Assembly: GCA_964525595.1 (NCBI GenBank)
Contig: CAZGHF010000001.1
Location: 29,509 to 93,508 of the forward strand
Direction: 5' to 3'
Origin: an uncultured Candidatus Saccharibacteria bacterium
GTDB lineage: Bacteria; Patescibacteriota; Minisyncoccia; UBA6257; GWB1-50-10
DNA: 64,000 nt
Positions 1 through 9,077 of this stretch are shown here, piece by piece; positions within the stretch are counted from its first letter, which is position 1, and every line of letters starts with the position of its first letter. A program made the translations under genes and the position numbers. The notes beneath the pieces were generated by a model. That model was given only the letters and a program-made list of their open reading frames with translations, ran no database searches and was not told the origin of the DNA.

Positions 1-419
1 CCTTCACCCCATGCACGGAAGGTATTACGCCTTCCGCGTTCCACGCTCTTTCCCGGCGCGTCGGTGATTTCTAGACCGTCGGAAAAAAGCATGTGGGTCT
101 CGTCGGTGGGCAAGGTCCAGTTGTCGCGAGCCCAGGGGTCGAGGATGATTACTCCGCTCATCTCGACGGGATGCAGTTGCACTACCCACTGTTCGCCCCG
201 GCCGACCCGAAGGGTATCGTTGGGGAACCTGTTCCAGGGGATGACAGCGTACTGCTCACTCCAGATTTCGCAGGAGCGGGCTGGCATCTCGGCGGTCTCC
301 GGTGTTGAGTCGTCCTGTCTCGTCATCCAGAAGACGATAGGTAGGATGGCGAGGACGATGAGAACCGCCCATAGCCAGCTAGGTGCTGGCTCCGCGGTCG
401 TTGTCTGTGTGTTCGCCAT
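1..419 (-). CDS. hypothetical membrane-anchored protein (3' end outside window)
   Basis: Manual translation MANTQTTTAEPAPSWLWAVLIVLAILPIVFW... is open to the window edge; GGAGG RBS upstream; directly follows 423-1607; absent from the ORF track. Confidence 0.7.
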   Translation of the reverse strand, partial: MANTQTTTAEPAPSWLWAVLIVLAILPIVFWMTRQDDSTPETAEMPARSCEIWSEQYAVIPWNRFPNDTLRVGRGEQWVVQLHPVEMSGVIILDPWARDNWTLPTDETHMLFSDGLEITDAPGKSVERGRRNTFRAWGE

Positions 420-422
420 TGC

Positions 423-1607
423 CTACCTCCTTGCGAAAGCAGTGAGAACCCGTTCCACAACATCGCGAGATTCGGGGGCAATGCTCAACTTCTTCTCGTC
501 GATAACCTTCGGCACCTTCCCACGTTCGGTTTGAACGGCCTCGAGGGCTTGTTCGGGAGAGTAGTTGAACGGTTCCCCCATGAATTCCTTGATTCGCGCC
601 CGTACGTGGGCGAGCTCCACCTCTTCAGCGTCTCTTTCCAGCTTCTCTCTAGCTTGCGCATCGGCTGCCTCGGCTGCTCCTCCAAGCAAGTCAATATCGC
701 CGATGTTCAGGCGTTCGATAATCCAGCCGATGTCCTCGACTAGGATTTTGCCGTCGCCTGTACGAAGATCGCGGATTTCCCGCCTCCGTTTCTCGACTTT
801 CTCTTGGAGTTCCAGGAGAGCTTCAGGACCCTCTTCGCTCTTGATTATACTGAGCCTGTCCTTGACGCGTTTCCAGTCATCTTCGGCCCAGTCATTTTCT
901 CTTTCAAGGAATTGGGTTGGCCGCGGCCTCCGGAAGTATCGGAGCCAGATCCAGGTTGGGACATCTTGAGCGTAGGGAGGAACAATGGTTAGCGAGTTCC
1001 CCGCTATGTTCTTGATGAGCACGCTTGTGCCCTCAAGTTGGGACATGTTGAGTTCTCTCCAGGTGAAAGGACCTTCCTCCAACGACATGGACCACTCCCG
1101 GAGCCGTTCCAAGATTTTGGTCCTGAGCTGGATTGTGACGCCTCTTACTCCACCACTGTTGAGATACTGGATGAAGTGGTCAGGGCTCGGTCTACCGGCT
1201 ACGAGGACAGGCACCCTTGAATCCGCGTTGTCGGGGGTTTTTGTTAACTCCGACACGACATCAAAGGGTAGTCTTTCGACTTTTATTAGGATTAATCCGT
1301 ACCAGATGGGGCAGAGAGGAAAGAATCGCCACCCTTCTTCCTTGTACACGCTTACTTCCTTCTCTTCGTCTTCCCCCGTGTGCGGGTTCCGGACGGTGAC
1401 GGTTTTCGTGAACCGTTCCCCAAATATGGTTACCTGGGCCATGTGAGGCGGGTCAGCCGGTACTCGTCGCAATCCTTGGAGGATGAATCCTCCGAAGAGA
1501 ACGAAAAAGATTGAAAGGCCGAACCAGAAGTTCGTGAAGAGCCAAAACCCCGCTCCGATGAGAGCGAAGATGACACCAGCTCCCTGAATAATCCGCTTCA
1601 AATCCAT
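423..1607 (-). CDS. membrane protein, SPFH/band-7-like
   Basis: Two N-terminal TM helices, LRRVPADPPH...VTIFGER...EGWRF, C-terminal Ala/Glu-rich coiled coil; AGGAGG RBS. Confidence 0.6.
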   Translation of the reverse strand: MDLKRIIQGAGVIFALIGAGFWLFTNFWFGLSIFFVLFGGFILQGLRRVPADPPHMAQVTIFGERFTKTVTVRNPHTGEDEEKEVSVYKEEGWRFFPLCPIWYGLILIKVERLPFDVVSELTKTPDNADSRVPVLVAGRPSPDHFIQYLNSGGVRGVTIQLRTKILERLREWSMSLEEGPFTWRELNMSQLEGTSVLIKNIAGNSLTIVPPYAQDVPTWIWLRYFRRPRPTQFLERENDWAEDDWKRVKDRLSIIKSEEGPEALLELQEKVEKRRREIRDLRTGDGKILVEDIGWIIERLNIGDIDLLGGAAEAADAQAREKLERDAEEVELAHVRARIKEFMGEPFNYSPEQALEAVQTERGKVPKVIDEKKLSIAPESRDVVERVLTAFARR

Positions 1608-1740
1608 GGTGTTCCTCCTGCGCTCTCCGGCGCAATCGTGAGATATGTTGGTAGTTCTAGTATTCAGTTGTCAGATTTCTACTTTATAAGATATCACATA
1701 TTATAGTATTTGTCAAACTAAGCTTTAATTTATGAAAAGC

Positions 1741-1770
1741 AAACGCCACCAACTGAATTGGTGGCGTTGC
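1741..1770. terminator. stem-loop, probable terminator for 1793-2170
   Basis: AACGCCACCAA-ctgaa-TTGGTGGCGTT hairpin downstream of the minus-strand gene. Confidence 0.5.
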
Positions 1771-1792
1771 GCTTGGGAGGTCAGTAGTACGG

Positions 1793-2170
1793 TCAGGAGA
1801 GATTCCATCGTTTCGCAAAGGCACCGGCCTGCCCGTAACGTTTCCACTTCATCAGCAGGTCGTATGTCTTGCTAGTTACTTCTTTACACGCTGTTGCGAG
1901 CGGATCTTCGTTGTGGCTCTTGGAGTATTCAAGATGCCGCTCGATCTCTCGGAAGGCTCCACCACCAATGTTGCCCCATCTGTATTGCCCTCCGTTTCGA
2001 TACAGCGTTCGGAAAGAAGCTTGTAGAGTGAGAAAGCGAGCCTTATCGGATTTTGTTAGACCGGGCGGCTGTTTGATTGTGATCCATGCCTTCTTTCTCC
2101 TCTCCATCAGAAAAGAGAAGGCAAGGAGGGAAATGGCAATTGCCGCAGGAATGATTGCATAGAGATTCAT
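1793..2170 (-). CDS. hypothetical protein with N-terminal TM helix
   Basis: Start MNLYAII at 2170 has a GGAGG RBS; hydrophobic N-terminus. Confidence 0.6.
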   Translation of the reverse strand: MNLYAIIPAAIAISLLAFSFLMERRKKAWITIKQPPGLTKSDKARFLTLQASFRTLYRNGGQYRWGNIGGGAFREIERHLEYSKSHNEDPLATACKEVTSKTYDLLMKWKRYGQAGAFAKRWNLS

Positions 2171-2277
2171 ATTCCACCTCCGGGGGTTCGCATTTGTAGA
2201 ACAGCTATAAATAATTTGCAACAAAATTGAGTATTTGTCAAATTGAGGTCTTCCTTATATAATCTATTAACCGATAT

Positions 2278-2361
2278 GCCGAGGTGGTGAAATTGGCAGA
2301 CACGCTAGCTTTAGGAGCTAGTGCTCGCAAGGGCTTGTGGGTTCGAGTCCCACCCTCGGCA
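2278..2361 (+). tRNA. tRNA-Leu(TAG)
   Basis: Cloverleaf with anticodon arm CTAGC-TT-TAG-GA-GCTAG, long variable arm, GTTCGAG T-loop. Confidence 0.95.
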
Positions 2362-2363
2362 CA

Positions 2364-2657
2364 ATGTTGTTCACTCTTTATATACTTTATAGTTTAAAGA
2401 CGCCCCGGACTTACGTAGGTTATACCGCTGACTTGAAAGAGAGATTGAGATATCACAATAGCGGTAGAGTAAGAGCAACAAAACCCTATGTGCCGTGGAA
2501 AATTATTTATACGGAAGATAGTTTAACTAAAGAAGAAGCTAAGAAAAGAGAAATTTATTGGAAAAGTGGCGCTGGCAGACGCAATATCAATAGAATCTTA
2601 AGTGGGTTCCCGCCCCAATTGAAATCGGGGCGAGGCTCGCTCAAGACCGAGTCTTGA
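2364..2657 (+). CDS. GIY-YIG nuclease family protein
   Basis: LYILYS...YVGYT..L.ERL..HN.G...T....PW..IY.E......A..RE..WKSG.GR motif; ATG 2 nt after the tRNA. Confidence 0.9.
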   Translation: MLFTLYILYSLKTPRTYVGYTADLKERLRYHNSGRVRATKPYVPWKIIYTEDSLTKEEAKKREIYWKSGAGRRNINRILSGFPPQLKSGRGSLKTES

Positions 2658-2681
2658 GCGGCGAGTCCCACCCTCGGCACA
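2602..2681 (+). repeat. duplicated tRNA-Leu 3' end with hairpin insertion in the T-loop
   Basis: GTGGGTTC [53 nt, two hairpins] GAGTCCCACCCTCGGCACA; 2662-2681 is identical to 2344-2363. Confidence 0.85.
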
Positions 2682-2727
2682 TTCAGTAAAATTGACAAAA
2701 GATTTAATGGGGAATAGTTTGTAAGGT

Positions 2728-3210
2728 ATGGAATTGCTTTTTAATAGTTCTTTTGGTTTAAAACTTGACGTGGCTCAGGTGGTGGCGGAGGTTTTGCGTT
2801 TCATGAAAAGCGACCCGAAGCGGCAATACAAAATCATTATCGGGACCGACTCCGAAGCGCTCCGGAGCAAGAACGCCGACTTTGTAACGGCGGTGGTGGT
2901 TCACCGAATCGGCAACGGCGGCCGTTATTTCTGGCGCCGACTCCAAGCCGGCAAGTTCCACACTATTCGCGACCGGATAATAAAAGAAGTGATGCTTTCG
3001 CTTGAAGCCGCTCACCTCTTTTTGGGAGAACTTAAAAAAGATTCTTCATCTAAAAACTGGAGTTTTGAGATTCACGCCGATATCGGCGAGAACGGGCAAA
3101 CAAAGGTGCTTATTCAGGAAGTGGTTGGAATGATTCGGGCCAATAATTTTGAGGTAAAAACGAAGCCGGAGAGTTACGCCGCGACCAAGGTAGCCGATAG
3201 GCATGTCTAA
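2728..3210 (+). CDS. RNase H-like YkuK (DUF458) family protein
   Basis: IIIGTDS, FVTAVVVHRIGNGGRYF, EIHADIG, KPESYAA motifs. Confidence 0.85.
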   Translation: MELLFNSSFGLKLDVAQVVAEVLRFMKSDPKRQYKIIIGTDSEALRSKNADFVTAVVVHRIGNGGRYFWRRLQAGKFHTIRDRIIKEVMLSLEAAHLFLGELKKDSSSKNWSFEIHADIGENGQTKVLIQEVVGMIRANNFEVKTKPESYAATKVADRHV

Positions 3211-3781
3211 AAAAATCGTTTTTGACATTGAAACCAAAAACACCTTCGCCGACGTCGGCGGAGACCAGAATATTGATAAGCTTGAAGTTTCGGTGGTCGG
3301 GGTTTATTCGTACGACAAGGACGAATACATCTGTTTTGACGAGAACGAACTTGATGAGCTGGGTAGGTTTCTGAAGAGTGCCAGCCCCCTCATCGGTTTT
3401 AGCAGTAAGAGGTTTGATGTGCCGGTCTTGGAAAAATATTTTGATTTTAAATTATCCGCCGTTCCCCATTACGACATCCTGGAAGAGATTACGAAAGCTT
3501 TCGGTCGGCGAATTGGCTTGGGCGTGCTTGCCGAGGCCAATCTCGGCATCGGCAAAACCAGCCACGGCCTTGAGGCAATCGGGATGTACGCTCGCGGCGA
3601 GATGGAGAAGTTAAAAAATTACTGCCTTCAGGATGTAAAGATAACCAAAGAGATATTCGACCTTATTCGCAACCAGGGTTATCTTTGGATTCCCCAGCGG
3701 GACGTGCCGGACATGATTAAACTCCCTCTGACTTATAAAGAGGAAGATTCGCCGCAAGCTGGATTATTTGGTAATATTTAA
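3203..3781 (+). CDS. RNase H-like/DnaQ-type 3'-5' exonuclease domain protein
   Basis: VFDIET (ExoI), GF..KRFD.P (ExoII), YCLQDV (ExoIII). Confidence 0.85.
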   Translation: MSKKIVFDIETKNTFADVGGDQNIDKLEVSVVGVYSYDKDEYICFDENELDELGRFLKSASPLIGFSSKRFDVPVLEKYFDFKLSAVPHYDILEEITKAFGRRIGLGVLAEANLGIGKTSHGLEAIGMYARGEMEKLKNYCLQDVKITKEIFDLIRNQGYLWIPQRDVPDMIKLPLTYKEEDSPQAGLFGNI

Positions 3782-3787
3782 AGAGAT

Positions 3788-4111
3788 ATGAGTCCGAAGA
3801 AAAATAAAACTTTGGTTACAGTTGTGGTGCTTTTCTTGGCTTTTGGCTTGGTAATCGCTTATGTGCCGCTTCTTTTTGCTCCTTCATCTGATGAACCGAG
3901 CCAGGTTTATTTTAAGGAACAGCAGCAAGAGATTCCGGTTGATGTACCGGCTGAATTACCGGTAACAGCCCAACTCACATTACCGGTTACCGAGCCGGAA
4001 ACGGAAGTTGCTACCACGACTCCAATTGAAGAAGAAATAAGCCTACCCGATAGTTTCAGCGGTCTTGAAGAAGAAAGTGAATCTTTAGAAGACTTGTTCG
4101 ACGGCTTTTAA
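3788..4111 (+). CDS. hypothetical membrane-anchored acidic protein
   Basis: N-terminal TM helix followed by an E/P/T-rich tail. Confidence 0.65.
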   Translation: MSPKKNKTLVTVVVLFLAFGLVIAYVPLLFAPSSDEPSQVYFKEQQQEIPVDVPAELPVTAQLTLPVTEPETEVATTTPIEEEISLPDSFSGLEEESESLEDLFDGF

Positions 4112-4228
4112 TACGTCACCGAAACGTTCGGTAATTTCCCTTTTTGCTTCGCCGATTGGGGTAGAAGTGATAAGATTTATTTAGTTCATCTCAAGAAGAC
4201 TTAAAACCCCCAGGGGAGGGATTTAGAT

Positions 4229-4975
4229 ATGGGAATGGTTCTGAAAGTTCTGGAGAGAGCGGGGCCTCGGCCGGAGGATTTCGAGAAGGGAGCGGTTCAC
4301 GAGCTTGAGGAAGCTTACCGGTTAAGGAAAACCGCAGTTCGGGCGTCCAAGGCCGGTATCCGAGCCGCGAAGAAGAGAGACGCCCGCGGTGTCAGTCACG
4401 AAAAGGCAAAAATCCAACAGTGTATGCAGAAGATTCAGGCTTTAGACTTGGTGCCCGCCTGGAGACGTGCTGAGTTCATTGACCAAGTGGCGGCTGAACT
4501 CGTGGAACTCGTCTGCTTCGAGTGGCTCTATCCGTACGTCTTCTTCGGGGACGAAATCGGTTCGCCGGAGTTCCTCTCGGCAAAACGGTTGGAAGTGTCA
4601 CCTCAGGCGTGGTATCACGGCATTGCCGACGTTCCCGGGGAGCTGGGAAAGGCAGTTACGAGGTATCGCCGGGGTCGGCTTCCACTGAAGGAGAAAGTTG
4701 TTCTTCGTGAGCGGCTGCTAGTGGTCATTCAGGACATCATCTCCTACCTTACGGATGCGACTGATGAGAGCGTTCTCGAGATAACCGGTCATGAGAAAGA
4801 TTTCCGTCGCCGGTTTGAGGGTAAGGTTGCCCGGATTGGCGCGCTCATCAACAGATTGAACGAGGAGATGATTGAATTGCTAGACCGGATTCAACTCCTG
4901 AAGGAAATCCGTCAGGCGGTGAGCGGAACTCCTCGAGAAGAAAAAGAAGCTGGCGGTGAGGACGACTCTTCCTGA
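4229..4975 (+). CDS. translin/TRAX-like protein
   Basis: EEAYRLRK..VRASK, AELVE, L.V.PQAWYHGIADVPGEL resemble translin-family motifs (QEYVEA; YLLGLADxxGEL); GGAGG RBS. Confidence 0.65.
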   Translation: MGMVLKVLERAGPRPEDFEKGAVHELEEAYRLRKTAVRASKAGIRAAKKRDARGVSHEKAKIQQCMQKIQALDLVPAWRRAEFIDQVAAELVELVCFEWLYPYVFFGDEIGSPEFLSAKRLEVSPQAWYHGIADVPGELGKAVTRYRRGRLPLKEKVVLRERLLVVIQDIISYLTDATDESVLEITGHEKDFRRRFEGKVARIGALINRLNEEMIELLDRIQLLKEIRQAVSGTPREEKEAGGEDDSS

Positions 4976-5002
4976 AGTAATCCTGTCCCTGTAAGCACTG
5001 GT

Positions 5003-5045
5003 CCCGGCACGAGTATGACAATCGTGCCGGGGCTTCAGTTTTTTA
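5003..5045 (+). terminator. rho-independent terminator
   Basis: CCCGGCACGA...TCGTGCCGGG hairpin followed by a T-run. Confidence 0.6.
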
Positions 5046-5070
5046 ATGAATTTAGTTATATTAAGAGGAC

Positions 5071-6918
5071 TTGAAAATGAAGATTTTTGGTAAAAATTTA
5101 TTCTGGGTGATTGCCACTTTCATCGCCGTGACAATTGTTTTTTCTCTGCTTTTAAATTTAGGAGTAGAGAAACCGCCGGTTTTAAGCATTAGCCAGGTAA
5201 CGGAAAAAATAAACGCCGGCGAAGTAAAAAGTATCGCGGTAAAAGGCAACAACCTTGAACTGGTTTTAAAAGATGAAAGTAAAGCGGTCTCGAGAAAAGA
5301 GGAAGAAGCCGGTTTTTCGGAAACCTTAAGGAATTACGGCGTGGAAACGGAGGCGCTCCGCGGCGTTGAACTCAAGGTGGAGGAAGAGAGCGGTCTCCGT
5401 TTCTGGTCGGGCGTTATCATTCCCACCGTTCTTCCTATAATAATAATCGTCTTTATTTTTTGGTGGATTTTCCGCCAGGCTCGCACCGGCGTTAACCAGG
5501 CTTTTACTTTCGGTAAAGCTAACATTCGTGTGTTTTCAGCTTCCCGGAAGAAAGTAACCTTTAATGATGTTGCCGGCTTGAAAGAATCAAAAGAGGAGCT
5601 TGAAGAAATCGTTGACTTTTTGAAAAACCCGAAAAAGTTTCTATCAATCGGTGCCCGGATTCCGCGCGGCGTGCTTCTTTTGGGTCAGCCTGGGACAGGG
5701 AAAACTTTACTCGCGAGGGCAGTGGCCGGTGAAGCAAGCGTCCCTTTCTTTCACCTCTCCGCTTCCGAATTTGTTGAAATGTTCGTCGGAGTGGGTGCCT
5801 CTCGGGTAAGAGATCTTTTTAACACCGCCAAAAAAGTCGCCCCTTCCATTGTTTTTATTGACGAGATTGACGCTGTCGGTCGCGAGCGGGGCGCCGGCTT
5901 GGGCGGGGGGCACGATGAGCGGGAGCAAACCTTGAATCAAATCTTGGTTGAAATGGATGGTTTTGAGCGGGATACGAACGTGATTGTGATAGCGGCGACC
6001 AACCGGCCTGATATTTTGGATTCGGCTCTTCTCCGACCCGGTCGTTTTGACCGGCGAGTGGTGCTTGATATGCCCGGTATTACCGACCGCGAGGCAATAT
6101 TAAAAATCCACGTCCGGGAGGTACCGCTTGAGAAAAAGGTAGATTTGAAAGTAGTAGCTATTCGGACGCCGGGATTCTCGGGCGCCGACCTTGCCAACCT
6201 CGTAAATGAAGCGGCGATTCTTACTGCCCGCACCGGTCGCAAAGTCGTTTCTCAGAAAGATTTTTTTGACTCGATTGAGAAAGTAATGCTCGGCCCTGAA
6301 CGTAAAAGCCGGGTGATTTCCAAAAATGAAAAAGAAATAACCGCTTATCACGAAGCCGGCCACGCCTTGGTTGCGGCAAGCCTGAAAGAGGCCGACCCGG
6401 TTCACAAGATATCGATAGTCTCCCGCGGAGTTGCTAGTGGCTACACCTTAAAATTGCCAACCGAGGATCGGCGCTTGGCAACCAGGGCCCAGTTTTTGGC
6501 GGACTTAGCCGTTGCTTTCGGTGGCTACGTTGCCGAGATGATAAAATTCGGTGACCTGTCAACCGGTTCTTCCAATGACATCAAACAAGCCACAGCCCTT
6601 GCCCACCAGATGGTTACCCAGTTCGGGATGAGCGATAAATTGGGTCCCCGGACTTTCGGCAAAAATCAGGAACTCATTTTTCTCGGTCGGGAAATCTCAT
6701 CTGAGAAAGATTATTCGGAAACGGTTGCTTCAATCATTGATGAGGAAGTGAACAACTTCATTAATAAAGCGCTCCAAGCAGCGAAAAGGATAGTTTCCAC
6801 CAGAAAAAAAGCTCTTGAGAAAATTGCAAAGACGTTGATAGAAAAGGAAACTCTCGAGCAGGAAGAATTTTACAAAATAATAAAAAGCTTTAAACTAAAA
6901 CCGGTGACTATAAGGTAA
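5071..6918 (+). CDS. ftsH: ATP-dependent zinc metalloprotease FtsH
   Basis: Two TM helices, [26 protein letters not shown]. Confidence 0.98.
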   Translation: MKMKIFGKNLFWVIATFIAVTIVFSLLLNLGVEKPPVLSISQVTEKINAGEVKSIAVKGNNLELVLKDESKAVSRKEEEAGFSETLRNYGVETEALRGVELKVEEESGLRFWSGVIIPTVLPIIIIVFIFWWIFRQARTGVNQAFTFGKANIRVFSASRKKVTFNDVAGLKESKEELEEIVDFLKNPKKFLSIGARIPRGVLLLGQPGTGKTLLARAVAGEASVPFFHLSASEFVEMFVGVGASRVRDLFNTAKKVAPSIVFIDEIDAVGRERGAGLGGGHDEREQTLNQILVEMDGFERDTNVIVIAATNRPDILDSALLRPGRFDRRVVLDMPGITDREAILKIHVREVPLEKKVDLKVVAIRTPGFSGADLANLVNEAAILTARTGRKVVSQKDFFDSIEKVMLGPERKSRVISKNEKEITAYHEAGHALVAASLKEADPVHKISIVSRGVASGYTLKLPTEDRRLATRAQFLADLAVAFGGYVAEMIKFGDLSTGSSNDIKQATALAHQMVTQFGMSDKLGPRTFGKNQELIFLGREISSEKDYSETVASIIDEEVNNFINKALQAAKRIVSTRKKALEKIAKTLIEKETLEQEEFYKIIKSFKLKPVTIR

Positions 6919-6920
6919 TT

Positions 6921-6993
6921 GGGTCAGTAGCTTAGCGGCTAAAGCACCAAGCTTATACCTTGGCGATCGAAGGTTCGAGTCCTTCCTGACCCA
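6921..6993 (+). tRNA. tRNA-Ile(TAT)
   Basis: Acceptor GGGTCAG/CTGACCC; anticodon arm CCAAG-CT-TAT-AC-CTTGG. Confidence 0.9.
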
Positions 6994-7001
6994 CCGACTC
7001 C

Positions 7002-7073
7002 GCGCGCTTAGCTCAGTGGTAGAGCGACTCGTTTACACCGAGTAGGTCCGGGGTTCGATCCCCTGAGCGCGCA
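7002..7073 (+). tRNA. tRNA-Val(TAC)
   Basis: Anticodon arm ACTCG-TT-TAC-AC-CGAGT; canonical D and T arms. Confidence 0.95.
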
Positions 7074-7116
7074 CAAGATCAGCCTCGTTCAAAAAAGCCT
7101 TAATGCATTTTTTTCT

Positions 7117-7150
7117 TTCTACCCAATATGCGATCGCATATTGGGTAGAA
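7117..7150. repeat. 34-bp perfect palindrome
   Basis: TTCTACCCAATATGCGA|TCGCATATTGGGTAGAA, no loop; lies between convergent tRNA-Val and the xerC-like gene. Confidence 0.9.
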
Positions 7151-7155
7151 GAGTA

Positions 7156-8040
7156 TTATTTTCTCCTTCTTCCGTGAAAAACTTCGTGGATTTCGCGGAG
7201 TTCTTTGTTTGTGAGGTGAGTGTAGATTTGAGTGGAGGAGATGTTGGCGTGACCCAGGAGTTCCTGAACCGAACGCAAGTCGGCGCCGTTTATTAATAGG
7301 TCCGTCGCAAATGAGTGTCGGATTTGGTGGGGGTGGACTTTCTTTGAGATGCCGGCTTCGCGAGCTCGAGCATCAATCAAGCGCTGAACGGCCCGGGCGC
7401 TGATCCGGCCAATTACCTTTCCACCTTTGGACAAACTGGTAAACAGGGCGTCTTCTGTGTCATCACGCTTTCCGAGATAATCCTTCAGCGCTTTTTTTGC
7501 TCCGTCCGATAAAAACACAACCCTTAATTTGCCGCCTTTGCCCCGGATAGAAATTTCGCCCCGTTTCAAGTCGATCGTTCGCAGCAGGCTGCAGAGCTCC
7601 GAGAGTCGGAGACCAGTTGAGAAAAATGTTTCCAATATTGCCCGGTCGCGGAGAGCGCGCAGACTATTATCCCTCGGTGCCCTCAGGAGTCGCTCGAGTT
7701 CGGCATAGTCCAAAGTCTCGATTTCGCGGCGGGACACTTTCGGTAATTCGATTGTTTCGGGGGAGAGAACGGGCAGCTCCCGCCTTACCAGGTATTTGAG
7801 AAAATTCCTGATGGCGATTACGTAATAGCTCTGAGTGATTTTTTTCAAGTTCTCCCGGGCGAGAGCGACCCGGAATTCCCTTATTTTTTCCCTCGTGATG
7901 TCGGATATTTTGCTCACATCGGTTTTTTTTATGAAGGTCTTGAGGTAGCGCTCGTAATTCTCCCGTGTCTTCGGCGAGCGGTTTTTTTCAATTTCCAGAT
8001 AGTCAAGATATTCTTTTAGAAGTTTTTCTATTTCGGTCAT
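7156..8040 (-). CDS. xerC: XerC/XerD-like tyrosine recombinase
   Basis: TGLRLSEL, GKGGK, HPHQIRHSFAT, LLGHANISSTQIY; N-terminal SAM-like domain. Confidence 0.88.
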   Translation of the reverse strand: MTEIEKLLKEYLDYLEIEKNRSPKTRENYERYLKTFIKKTDVSKISDITREKIREFRVALARENLKKITQSYYVIAIRNFLKYLVRRELPVLSPETIELPKVSRREIETLDYAELERLLRAPRDNSLRALRDRAILETFFSTGLRLSELCSLLRTIDLKRGEISIRGKGGKLRVVFLSDGAKKALKDYLGKRDDTEDALFTSLSKGGKVIGRISARAVQRLIDARAREAGISKKVHPHQIRHSFATDLLINGADLRSVQELLGHANISSTQIYTHLTNKELREIHEVFHGRRRK

Positions 8041-8203
8041 TAAATAACATTATACCTCAACTGTCGTAAAATGGAGATTGTTGCATCAAAGAGTTTTTGA
8101 CACAAAATCTCGCGAAGATTTTACAACGCTCCTCGAAAACGTCGTAAAATCTTCACCTTTGACATTCCTTATAACCTATGGTAACCTCTATAAATCTACG
8201 AAA

Positions 8204-8464
8204 ATGCTTTCAAAAAGAAAGAAACAGACGGTTGTTAAGGAGCATCAGAAACACGAAACCGACACCGGTTCAGCTGAAGTTCAAATTGGCCTTCTAACAA
8301 GAAGAATAGAGGAGCTTGCCGGTCACTTGAAGAAACACTCCAAAGACCATCATTCCAGGCGAGGACTTTTGATGATGGTTGGTAAACGCCGCCGTTTTCT
8401 TCAGTATCTTAGCCGGGAAGACGAGAAAGCCCATAACAAAATTACGAAGAAACTAAAACTTTAG
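8204..8464 (+). CDS. rpsO: 30S ribosomal protein S15
   Basis: DTGSAEVQI, HLKKH.KDHHSRRGLLMMVGKRRR; start reassigned to ATG 8204. Confidence 0.97.
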   Translation: MLSKRKKQTVVKEHQKHETDTGSAEVQIGLLTRRIEELAGHLKKHSKDHHSRRGLLMMVGKRRRFLQYLSREDEKAHNKITKKLKL

Positions 8465-8466
8465 AT

Positions 8467-9033
8467 ATGGCAATTGACGCTAACGAAAAAGCTCATCCCT
8501 CTCAGAGAGTGGGAGTTTTTGTTGATGTCCAGAACATTTATCACTCAGCCAAGAACCTTTTAAATTCTCGGGTAAACTTCAAGGAACTTTTAAAGAATAT
8601 CGTCGGCGACCGGCATCTTATAAGAGCGATGGCCTACGTCGTCACGAGTGAGACGGCTTTGGGTGAAGAATCTTTTTTTGAAGCTCTCCGGAAAACCGGC
8701 TTTGAACTTCGAAATAAGGATCTCCTTATTTATCCGGGCGGTGTCAAGAAAGCCGACTGGGACGTAGGACTTGCAGTTGACGCCATCAGAATGGCGACTT
8801 CTCTCGATGTAATAATCCTCGTGACCGGCGACGGCGATTTCGTTCCTCTGGTTGAATACTTGAAATGGGGTTTAGGCAAACAGGTTGAAGTAGCGGCTTT
8901 TAGCCGGACCACCTCTTCTCGGCTGAAGGAGTCGGCTGACAATTTTGTTGAATTGGAAAACATTCCCCGCATTCTTCTTAGAATCAGGAAAAAAGCAGTC
9001 GCCAACAATATGAATAAAGGCAAACGGCGTTAA
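8467..9033 (+). CDS. NYN domain (LabA/DUF88) protein
   Basis: VFVDVQN, KKADWDVGLAVD, VTGDGDFVPL. Confidence 0.92.
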   Translation: MAIDANEKAHPSQRVGVFVDVQNIYHSAKNLLNSRVNFKELLKNIVGDRHLIRAMAYVVTSETALGEESFFEALRKTGFELRNKDLLIYPGGVKKADWDVGLAVDAIRMATSLDVIILVTGDGDFVPLVEYLKWGLGKQVEVAAFSRTTSSRLKESADNFVELENIPRILLRIRKKAVANNMNKGKRR

Positions 9034-9077
9034 CCTGCATTATTGAAAAACAGATTGACATTGTTCGTGAAAAATCT

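Noticed and set aside
64-1446. Plus-strand ORFs opposite the minus-strand genes, and similar antisense ORFs throughout
   Set aside because: They are shadow frames of well-supported genes, with no RBS or motifs.
7156-8040. Tyrosine recombinase next to the tRNA-Ile/Val 3' ends as a prophage or island integrase
   Set aside because: It has XerC/D-like length and motifs, is flanked by housekeeping rpsO-NYN-pnp, and no duplicated tRNA-Val end or cargo genes were seen.
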